In this document: in pieces, positions 8,672 to 15,658 of the stretch
How the letters are laid out: every line of letters starts with the position of its first letter
How positions within the stretch are numbered: position 1 is the first letter of the stretch
Origin: an uncultured Pirellulales bacterium
Lineage (GTDB): Bacteria; Planctomycetota; Phycisphaerae; Sedimentisphaerales; Anaerobacaceae
Length of the DNA: 24,000 bases
Reading direction: 5' to 3'
NCBI GenBank assembly: GCA_964462945.1
Contig: CAYWZW010000001.1
Span: forward strand, 123,570 to 147,569
The notes under the pieces: model-generated
Told to the model about the DNA's origin: nothing
Seen by the model: the letters and a program-made list of their open reading frames with translations, nothing else
Database searches by the model: none
Made by a program: the position numbers and the translations under genes

Positions 8672-9754
8672 ATGGCCCGAATAATCTACGGCGTCGCGGG
8701 GGAAGGATTCGGTCACAGCAGCCGGTCCCACTTGATCGGACAGCGATTCCTCGATGCCGGCCACGATGTGATGTTCGTCGGGTCACAGAAGTCACTTCTT
8801 TACCTCAAGCAGTACTTTGGCGAGCGTGTGAAAGAGATATTCGGCCTTTCCTTTGCCTTTGAAGGCCAGCGCATAGACAAATCGCAGACACTCAAGAGAA
8901 ACCTGCTAAGGCTGCCCGAGGCCAACCGGCAGAACGATGAGCTTTTCAAGAAGCATTTCGAGCCGTTTGAGCCGGAGCTGGTCATATCGGACTTCGAGCC
9001 GTTCAGCGCGTGGTGGGCCTGGCGAAAGAACGTGCCGTTCGTCAGTATCGACCACGAGCACATGCTCACACTCTGCAAGCTGGAGCATCCGTCCAGGAAC
9101 TGGTTCTCACGCATAACGGCCAGCGTAGTCACCGAATGTCACTATGTAGGTGCGGCGGCGTACATCATCCTGAATTTCTTCAAGGCCCCGCTGCGGATCG
9201 ATTCGGCGATCCTGGCGCCGCCCATCGTCAGGCCCGTCGTCGCCGGACTGAAGGCGACGCAGGGTGAGCATATTCTGCTGTACTCCACGACTGGGACGGA
9301 TCAGGACCGGCTGCGGGATGTCCTGCGCAAATTCAGCGGCCAGACATTCCACGTTTACGGCTTTAACGAAGACGCCGAATTTCGCAACTGCATTTTCAAG
9401 AAGCGTTCCACCGAAGGCTTTCTCGCGGACCTGGCGTCAGCCCGGGGCGTGGTCGCTTCAGCGGGCTTTTCGCTGATCAGCGAGTGCATGTACCTCAAGA
9501 AAAAGATGCTCCTGCTGCCTCTGGCCGGCCAGTACGAGCAAATCATCAACGCACATTATATCGAAAAGCTCGGTCTGGGACTCTCAACAGAGATGCTCGA
9601 TGAACCGATCTTGGCCCGATTCCTCGACGAGCTCGACAAGCCCATGCCGGACGATGAAACAATCCTCTGGCCCGACAACGACAAATTCTTCGGTACCCTC
9701 CAGGATGAGCTGAGCAAACTTCACACACCCGTAAGTATCGAATGCCCGAAATGA
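8672..9754 (+). CDS. GT-B glycosyltransferase, MurG-like (GT28-related, MJ1255/Glyco_trans_1_3 type)
   Basis: N-terminus MARIIYGVAGEGFGHSSRS (G-x-G-x-G-H loop). The C-terminal half ...ASAGFSLISECMYLKKKMLLLPLAGQYEQIINAHYIEKLGLG matches the GT28 C-terminal nucleotide-sugar pattern. ATG at 8672 is preferred over TTG at 8666. Confidence 0.7.
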   Translation: MARIIYGVAGEGFGHSSRSHLIGQRFLDAGHDVMFVGSQKSLLYLKQYFGERVKEIFGLSFAFEGQRIDKSQTLKRNLLRLPEANRQNDELFKKHFEPFEPELVISDFEPFSAWWAWRKNVPFVSIDHEHMLTLCKLEHPSRNWFSRITASVVTECHYVGAAAYIILNFFKAPLRIDSAILAPPIVRPVVAGLKATQGEHILLYSTTGTDQDRLRDVLRKFSGQTFHVYGFNEDAEFRNCIFKKRSTEGFLADLASARGVVASAGFSLISECMYLKKKMLLLPLAGQYEQIINAHYIEKLGLGLSTEMLDEPILARFLDELDKPMPDDETILWPDNDKFFGTLQDELSKLHTPVSIECPK

Positions 9755-9809
9755 CTTTCTTTTCCGCATTTTGGACATTGCATTTCGGTTCTTCCGTATC
9801 TCTCGGTCC

Positions 9810-10565
9810 TCAGTCCGGCTTCCACCGCAAGCGGTCCAAGCCTTGTGTCTTGACGAATTCCACGTGGGAATCGACAAAGAGGACGTGGCAGCCGTCGGCT
9901 TGGTGGCTGTCGGTGGTCAGGATTTCGGGGCCACCCGCCTGGTTCCAGCCGGGATGCGTCTCGAAGAGCAGCACCATATCAGGCGGGGCGGAGGTCCCAA
10001 GCTCCAACACGTTCTTGTTCATTGCGTAATTGCAGGGGCCTTCCATCGCGCCCCGGCAACTGAACGTCATGCGGTCCACCCCGGCGTGCTCGATAAGCAG
10101 ATCGCACCATTTTGAGCTTGTCGGAAACTTGTCATCGTAATCGTTGGCGTAGATCAGCATGGCCTTGCCGAGGCCGGACATATTCGTGCCGCACGTCATT
10201 CTTTGGGCAAGGTGTTTTGTCCTGACAAGGGCCGGCATCGTAATGCCCAACATCAGCGGCAATATGAACACCCCTGCAACGACCGGCACAACAATCCCCG
10301 TGACGGCAAAACCGTTGCCCCTCAATCTGCCGCCGCTGTTGGCGATCTTCACCAGCCCCACAATCCCTAAGATGATGGCCGGCAGCGCCGTGATGAACAA
10401 GGTGCATAAGCTAAGGATTCCGAGCACGAATGAAGCAATCGCCAGCCCGCTGGTCTTGGCAACCGCGGGGGGCGCTGTTGCAGAAATACTCGGCAGCAGC
10501 CAATTGCACGCGCTACACACCTGGGCGTTATCCGGATTTTCTTTGCCGCATCTTGGACAGTACAT
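9810..10565 (-). CDS. zinc-ribbon / DUF4190 membrane / pseudopilin-like (DUF1559, H-X9-DG-like) protein
   Basis: MYCPRCGKEN..CSACNW (CxxC...CxxC). DUF4190-like helices (LAIASFVLGILSLC...ILGIVGLVKIANSGGRLRGNGFAVTGIVV). A pilin-like core (AQRMTCGTNMSGLGKAMLIYANDYDDKFP). C-terminus HQADGCHVLFVDSHVEFV. AAGGAG lies 7 nt before the ATG. Confidence 0.8.
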   Translation of the reverse strand: MYCPRCGKENPDNAQVCSACNWLLPSISATAPPAVAKTSGLAIASFVLGILSLCTLFITALPAIILGIVGLVKIANSGGRLRGNGFAVTGIVVPVVAGVFILPLMLGITMPALVRTKHLAQRMTCGTNMSGLGKAMLIYANDYDDKFPTSSKWCDLLIEHAGVDRMTFSCRGAMEGPCNYAMNKNVLELGTSAPPDMVLLFETHPGWNQAGGPEILTTDSHQADGCHVLFVDSHVEFVKTQGLDRLRWKPD

Positions 10566-10705
10566 TTTGATTCTCCTTTCGACGGAAGTCTCCTTATTTC
10601 ACTGGTTTCTTGTTTCTTATTTACGACTTATCTGCTATCGCGATACTCTCACCCGCGGCAGTCTTCATTGATAAATCTTGGACTACGATGTTACCTACAT
10701 CTGCA

Positions 10706-11827
10706 TTATTCTCTGCCAGGCCCAGGAGGTTCCATTACTGAGCGGCTACCCTGGCCGTCGTGTACAAGCAATGAATCCGTCCTGTCCTTTGGCTCACTCC
10801 CGATTTGCGGCGGATGGCCATATCGTATGTCTCCGCCGTCCCAGAAGGTGTAGAGATTGTCACCGTTGATACCACAAAACGAGTGTTTTTCAAACTGCAC
10901 GTGGTTGTCCACGAACAAGACATTCTGTCCATCTTCCTGGTGTTGGATTGCGTTGCCGGCCTTGACTGCTCTTCTACCACCGTCCACGCGAAAACCGCCA
11001 GGAAAGTCTTTAGCCTTTGCAGATGGGGAGTCCATCCAGGGATTCCTGTCAGCCGCCGCTGCCAGACTGGGTTCGCTCGACGTGGTCAGGCGATAGAAGC
11101 TAAAAGGTATGTGATACGAGTAGCTGCAATGCTTTTGTGGCTCGGGGCCGAAATCCCAAAAATCAATCAATTCTCGACCACCCATGCCCTCGTCGGTGGG
11201 ATTAAACGCCGTCACCCCAGTATCACCCCAGCAGACGAACGACTTGGGGCTCTCTTTGGCATACTTGACCAGGAGGTAGAAACAGGATGAGATGCTACCC
11301 TGACCTCCGCTGCCGTCCGCGGCCAGGCCGTATGCGACGGACCGATCGTTGGCCTTCCAGTCAGGTATCTGCATGGCCCACGGGCTTTCCTTGCCGCCGG
11401 AACGAGGCAATTGCCCGTCATAATCATTGGCGTAGGTGAGCATCGCCATTCCGATAACGGACAGGTTCGTGGCGCAGGCCAATCGAAACGCTACCTGCCT
11501 CATTCTTAACATCGCCGGCACCACGATCCCACATGATAGAACGATTGGCAACACGACCCCGAGAACGGCGAAGTTTCTTCCGGTCAGTCTGCCACCGCTC
11601 TTTTCTATGAGGATGAAGCTGATAATACCCAAGACTATGGCGGGTACGGCTGTCAGGCCGCAGGTGAAAAGACTCAGGATACCGAGCACGAATGCAGCGT
11701 TGGCCAACCGGCTTGTTCTTGGCACAATATCTCCGGAAGGCATGGGAGCTTCTAACAACTGAGCACCGCAGGATCGGCATACCTGGGCATCAGCGGGGTT
11801 TTCTGTTCCGCATTTTGGACAGTACAT
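10706..11827 (-). CDS. zinc-ribbon / DUF4190 membrane / pseudopilin-like (DUF1559, H-X9-DG-like) protein, longer paralog
   Basis: Same architecture as 9810-10565: MYCPKCGTEN..CRSCGA, AAFVLGILSLFTCG...ILGIISFILIEKSGGRLTGRNFAVLGVVL, FRLACATNLSVIGMAMLTYANDYDGQLP, and HQEDGQNVLFVDNHVQF. GGGAG lies 6-7 nt before the ATG at 11827; the ORF-track TTG at 11848 is less likely. Confidence 0.8.
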   Translation of the reverse strand: MYCPKCGTENPADAQVCRSCGAQLLEAPMPSGDIVPRTSRLANAAFVLGILSLFTCGLTAVPAIVLGIISFILIEKSGGRLTGRNFAVLGVVLPIVLSCGIVVPAMLRMRQVAFRLACATNLSVIGMAMLTYANDYDGQLPRSGGKESPWAMQIPDWKANDRSVAYGLAADGSGGQGSISSCFYLLVKYAKESPKSFVCWGDTGVTAFNPTDEGMGGRELIDFWDFGPEPQKHCSYSYHIPFSFYRLTTSSEPSLAAAADRNPWMDSPSAKAKDFPGGFRVDGGRRAVKAGNAIQHQEDGQNVLFVDNHVQFEKHSFCGINGDNLYTFWDGGDIRYGHPPQIGSEPKDRTDSLLVHDGQGSRSVMEPPGPGRE

Positions 11828-11890
11828 GATATTCTCCCATCGATTCAAAAATCCCGCAAGTCACAGAAAACTCGCGAGCCATCGCGCTTT

Positions 11891-11990
11891 GTCATCCTGA
11901 GCCGAAGGCGAAGGATCTGGCCAACGAATGGGATGCTCGTTAAGTACGCAGCCCAGATCCTTCATGCCGCTTCGCTCCATTCAGGATGAC
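11891..11990. repeat. imperfect palindromic element (GTCATCCTGA...GAAGGATCTGG / CCAGATCCTTC...TCAGGATGAC)
   Basis: Left arm 11891-11920, right arm 11953-11990. The outer 10-bp and inner 11-bp blocks are exact reverse complements. It lies between the mrdA stop (12103) and the next start (11827). Confidence 0.7.
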
Positions 11991-12102
11991 AACCTTTGCA
12001 GCGAAATTCCACAACTCACTTGGAACATAAGATAGACTCTCGGCGATTATTGTTCAATAGTCTTTTTGTCCTGGGGACTCCTTGCGGAGGACCGAAAGCA
12101 CG

Positions 12103-14325
12103 TCATTGCGACCGAAGTGAGGTATTCTCCATGACGGGTTTGCCGATGTATCCGGCTTCGATGCAGAACTGGATGATGTCCCGGGCCAAGGGTGCGGCGT
12201 CGCTCGAGCCGTGCTGGCCGCCTTCGACGATGACGGCGATGGCAATCTTTTGGGCGGCGCTATCCTGGGCAAAGCCGGCGAACCAAGCGTGCTCCGGCCG
12301 TTCCGTCGAGCCGGTCTTGCCATAGACTTTCACATCCTCGGCGGCGAGGGTCCGCAGGAAAGGTTCAAACTGGGTGTAAGCCGTGCCGCCCACGTCGTTC
12401 ACTACGGCGCTCATTCCGTCGTAGATGACGGCCAACGTCTCTAAGCGGACGCCCAAATCGATTGCCGATTGCCGATTGCCGGCTGCCGATTGAAGATCGA
12501 AAATCCGTGGCGCAATATAGACGCCTTCTCGCGCGAGGGCCGCCATAGCATTTGCAACCTGCAGTGGCGTGACACGCAGACTGCCCTGGCCGATACCGAA
12601 CATTCGCCTCTCGCCTGGTCGCAGCGGCGGCAGGTCCGCGAAGCTTCGGATGGCCCCTCGCGGAATCGTGCTGGAGATCGTCCCGGACAACTGGTCGAAA
12701 TTCCTGTCCAGCCCACTTAAATTTGAAATTTGAAACTTGAAACTTGAAACTTCCTTGAGAAAGTCGGGCACAAACAAGATGTCCCGCCCATAGCCGAACT
12801 TAAAGAGCCATTGCTGCAAAGCGTTCGGATCGACCCTATCGGCCAAGCGGGAGAAATAAATGTTACAACTGCCCTTGATGGCATTGCGAGCGTTATTTTC
12901 CCACCGATTGTCATGACCCACTCTTGCTCTTCTAAATATCAAGCACTTCGGCCATCCTTCAGGGGGCGCTTCAGGCGGACAACTAATGATTTCTTCCGGG
13001 GTTATATGACCGCTTTCGAGCCCGGCGATGAGAATCAAGGGTTTAACAACCGAGCCGGGCGGATACTCCTCGTTGATCGCCCGGTTAATCAGCGGCTTGC
13101 GCGGGTCGGCCACCAGATCGCCGTAGTCGTAGCGCACGCGGTTCAAATCATAGACGGGCAGTGAAACCAGAGCGAGTATGTCAGACGTCCCGACCTCGAT
13201 TATAACGGCCGACATTCCGGGACCGCAATTCGGATCATGGGGATAGCGAGTCAGGTAGTCTTCTATTCTTTTCTGCAACTCGATGTCCAGCGTCAGCTTA
13301 ACATCGTCGCCGAGCTGAGCTGGGATTTGGTTGACGAGCTGCCGGTCCAAATCTTTGACCTCTTCGCCTCGTCTGCCGCGAAGGACGCCCTCGCAGACGT
13401 ACTCGACGCCGTCCTCTCGTCCGCAAAGCTCGCCCTCCAGATAGCTTAGCAATTCATCGTCCTCGAGAAGCTCTTTATCCCGCTGCTGCGTCGCCGGTCC
13501 GACCCAGCCTATGGTCTGGGCGGCCACCGTGCCGTACGGATAGAACCGGTGCTCCTGCGGCAGAATCGCAACGCCGTCGGTGTCCAGAAATTCCAATTGG
13601 GCGGCAAAGATATCGTCGTCGGTTTGCAGCTCCAGCAGGGGCCAGTTCCTGTGCATTTCCGCAATATCGACTTTGCTCGCAAGCTCACGCCGTTTGACCA
13701 GGTCGGGCTCTTTGGCCTCGAAATCAGCTATGGCCACGGAAAGCGGGACGCCGTTCCTGCTCGCGTAATGGCCAAACACTTCTGAATTCGGGAAGTTTCT
13801 TCGCCACGCTTGAAACGTCCGGCTGTCCCACACCAGATCGTTGACCTTTTGTATTTCGCCTCTGATTTGCGAGGGATCCACTGCTCCCAGCCGGGCACAC
13901 TTGTTGATGATCTGCTCCAAATCTTCGAGCTTGGCGCTGATTTCTTCTTTGGTCTTCGCTATGGTCTTGTCCGGATCGGCTTGGCCGGCGGCCCTGTCAA
14001 GAAGGTTTTGCCGGACCCGTTCATCCAAATATGAGCACAGTCTGTAATTGATATGCACGGAGAACCGGGCTTCATCGATCGCCAGCACTCTGCCGTTTCT
14101 GTCAAGTATTTTGCCGCGAATGGTCTTGAGCTGTTTGGATTGGCCCCTTTGACGCTTGAGTTCGGCGATTTTCTCCTGGACGGATGAGGCGGTCAGTAAT
14201 TGCATCTGTGCCAGGCGGAGCAAACACAGCCCCAGAAGCAAAACGCCGAACATCACAAGAATTTTGACTCGCTTGCTGTACATAATCAGCGCCCACGAAA
14301 GTGGCTTATTCTTATGCCCATCCAC
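12103..14325 (-). CDS. mrdA: penicillin-binding protein 2 (elongasome D,D-transpeptidase MrdA)
   Basis: 740 aa. N-terminal TM and class B PBP motifs SxxK (GSVVKP), SxN (GSCNIY) and KTG (GKTGST). It follows mreBCD. GTG at 14325 overlaps the mreD 3' end; the ATG at 14283 (2 nt after the mreD stop) is an equally plausible start. Confidence 0.85.
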   Translation of the reverse strand: MDGHKNKPLSWALIMYSKRVKILVMFGVLLLGLCLLRLAQMQLLTASSVQEKIAELKRQRGQSKQLKTIRGKILDRNGRVLAIDEARFSVHINYRLCSYLDERVRQNLLDRAAGQADPDKTIAKTKEEISAKLEDLEQIINKCARLGAVDPSQIRGEIQKVNDLVWDSRTFQAWRRNFPNSEVFGHYASRNGVPLSVAIADFEAKEPDLVKRRELASKVDIAEMHRNWPLLELQTDDDIFAAQLEFLDTDGVAILPQEHRFYPYGTVAAQTIGWVGPATQQRDKELLEDDELLSYLEGELCGREDGVEYVCEGVLRGRRGEEVKDLDRQLVNQIPAQLGDDVKLTLDIELQKRIEDYLTRYPHDPNCGPGMSAVIIEVGTSDILALVSLPVYDLNRVRYDYGDLVADPRKPLINRAINEEYPPGSVVKPLILIAGLESGHITPEEIISCPPEAPPEGWPKCLIFRRARVGHDNRWENNARNAIKGSCNIYFSRLADRVDPNALQQWLFKFGYGRDILFVPDFLKEVSSFKFQISNLSGLDRNFDQLSGTISSTIPRGAIRSFADLPPLRPGERRMFGIGQGSLRVTPLQVANAMAALAREGVYIAPRIFDLQSAAGNRQSAIDLGVRLETLAVIYDGMSAVVNDVGGTAYTQFEPFLRTLAAEDVKVYGKTGSTERPEHAWFAGFAQDSAAQKIAIAVIVEGGQHGSSDAAPLARDIIQFCIEAGYIGKPVMENTSLRSQ
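12454..12507. repeat. heptamer array translated in frame inside mrdA
   Basis: CAAATCG then CGATTGC x3 (12459-12479), CGGCTGC, CGATTGA, AGATCGA, AAATCCG. It is read on the minus strand as PRIFDLQSAAGNRQSAIDLG. Confidence 0.8.
12718..12752. repeat. heptamer array (5 units) translated in frame inside mrdA
   Basis: TAAATTT GAAATTT GAAACTT GAAACTT GAAACTT. It is read on the minus strand as EVSSFKFQISNL. Confidence 0.8.
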
Positions 14326-14777
14326 CAGGCTGACGGCGGAAACAAGAATGGCCCCACGAAGCCAGAGTACAGAGACGTTACAAAAACAACGACATATATG
14401 TTCTGCAAAAGCGGCTCGCTCTTGTTCAGAAAGGCGAGCAGGTGCGTCACGACGCCGACCAGAAGTCCCGTCACAAAGATCGCCATCGCCTGATAGGGCA
14501 TTCGTCTGATGGCGATCACGCGGTGCAGGTACGCCAATAGGGTGCCGAATACGCCAAAACTGATCATGTGGGGACCCATCGGCAAGGGCGAGCCGATGAG
14601 GTCGGCGGCGAAACCGATTGAAAAAGAGCTGATGACGGCGTCCGAGGTATTGAAGTAGATTGCCGAAAACACCAAAACGATAAGCAGCAAATCAGGCTTG
14701 TTATCCCAACGGGCCAGCACGCCTTTTTGCAAAACGGTCACGGTAAGAATTAGAACTGCAAACCGAAGCCATCGCAT
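14286..14777 (-). CDS. mreD: rod shape-determining protein MreD
   Basis: 163-aa polytopic membrane protein located between mreC and mrdA. GAGGA lies 6 nt before the ATG. The call rests on synteny and topology. Confidence 0.7.
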   Translation of the reverse strand: MRWLRFAVLILTVTVLQKGVLARWDNKPDLLLIVLVFSAIYFNTSDAVISSFSIGFAADLIGSPLPMGPHMISFGVFGTLLAYLHRVIAIRRMPYQAMAIFVTGLLVGVVTHLLAFLNKSEPLLQNIYVVVFVTSLYSGFVGPFLFPPSAWWMGIRISHFRGR

Positions 14778-14805
14778 TCTGTTTCCTCAGCCGGTTCAAA
14801 CCTGA

Positions 14806-15606
14806 CTACTTCTGCGGATTCATGATGATCACGGCTACGTCCTCGAGATTCTGTATGTCACAAGCCGGTTCGACCGTTATGTCCCAGACCGAGGCATTCC
14901 GGGTGTTCCTTTCACACCGGGACACTTTGCCCACGATAATCGGGGCGTCCAGGAATCCCCCCTCCTTCAGCTTCTTCAGCGCGAAAACGTTCTCTCCGAC
15001 CTTAACTTCGTTCTTGATCTTGAGCATCTCAATCCGGGCGGTATAGTTGCCGTTGCCCGTCATGATGGTTTTTACCCCCGCAACCTCGACGGGTATCTTG
15101 GACGTCGAGTCGGTAATCAGCTTAACCTGGGCTTTGGCCAGTTGGGGAAAAACGTCGGAAATCGTCCCGACGACACTTTCGTCGCCCAAGACGTACTGGC
15201 CCTTCGCCAGGCCGTCGGGCTTGCGGCAGTCTATCGTCAGCTCGTTGATCGTCGCCGTGATGACGTCAGCCACCGCGAAATCCGCGCCTTCCCAAACATA
15301 GGTATTGTGCAGTCCGTACAGCTTCTCGAACTTGCTGACCTGTTCATTGAGCGTTTGCTGAAGGTTCGCCACATAGTTGCGATATTGGGTCTGGCCGCGA
15401 TCCACAGCACCTTCCGTCGGCGGCTGCGTGCGTGCCGTCAGCGCGACGTTGCCGCCGAGACTCAAAGGCCACCGAAAAACGTGCACGAACGCGAGCTGGA
15501 ATTTTCCGGTAAACTCTTGCGGGGCAAACAGCAGGATCAGCCCGGTCAACATAAACCAGGTAAACAACATTCTCCGCGAGACTTTTGTATGCTTCCTTGC
15601 CATCAT
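14806..15606 (-). CDS. mreC: rod shape-determining protein MreC
   Basis: Start at MMARKHTKVSRRMLFTWFMLTGLILLF (basic N-terminus plus TM), then a coiled coil and two beta-barrel-like repeats. The ORF-track start at 15759 would overlap 100 nt of mreB and adds non-MreC-like sequence. Confidence 0.8.
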   Translation of the reverse strand: MMARKHTKVSRRMLFTWFMLTGLILLFAPQEFTGKFQLAFVHVFRWPLSLGGNVALTARTQPPTEGAVDRGQTQYRNYVANLQQTLNEQVSKFEKLYGLHNTYVWEGADFAVADVITATINELTIDCRKPDGLAKGQYVLGDESVVGTISDVFPQLAKAQVKLITDSTSKIPVEVAGVKTIMTGNGNYTARIEMLKIKNEVKVGENVFALKKLKEGGFLDAPIIVGKVSRCERNTRNASVWDITVEPACDIQNLEDVAVIIMNPQK

Positions 15607-15658
15607 CGCACGTCGTGTGTCTTCTATGCAACAGGCATCGCGCGCCGCCGGCGACGAA

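Noticed and set aside
7199-8764. 521-aa ORF on the minus strand opposite ftsI and the start of the glycosyltransferase gene
   Set aside because: It is antisense shadow of a motif-confirmed PBP gene. The translation is R/G/A/D-rich low-information sequence with no motifs, which is typical of long antisense ORFs in GC-rich coding DNA.
10566-10705. Weakly 7-periodic T-rich stretch (TTTCTTG TTTCTTA TTTACGA) between the two zinc-ribbon paralogs
   Set aside because: There are only about three degenerate units with no inverted arm. It is not convincingly related to the array family.
12454-12507. Heptamer arrays as classical slipped-strand phase-variation (contingency) switches
   Set aside because: This is not adopted as the main interpretation. 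Several arrays sit in essential genes (PBP2, Lnt) where frameshifts should be lethal. The units within an array are heterogeneous (for example AATCGGC/ATTCGGC/AAGCGGC), which disfavours slippage. It is kept only as a testable possibility for the methyltransferase linker.
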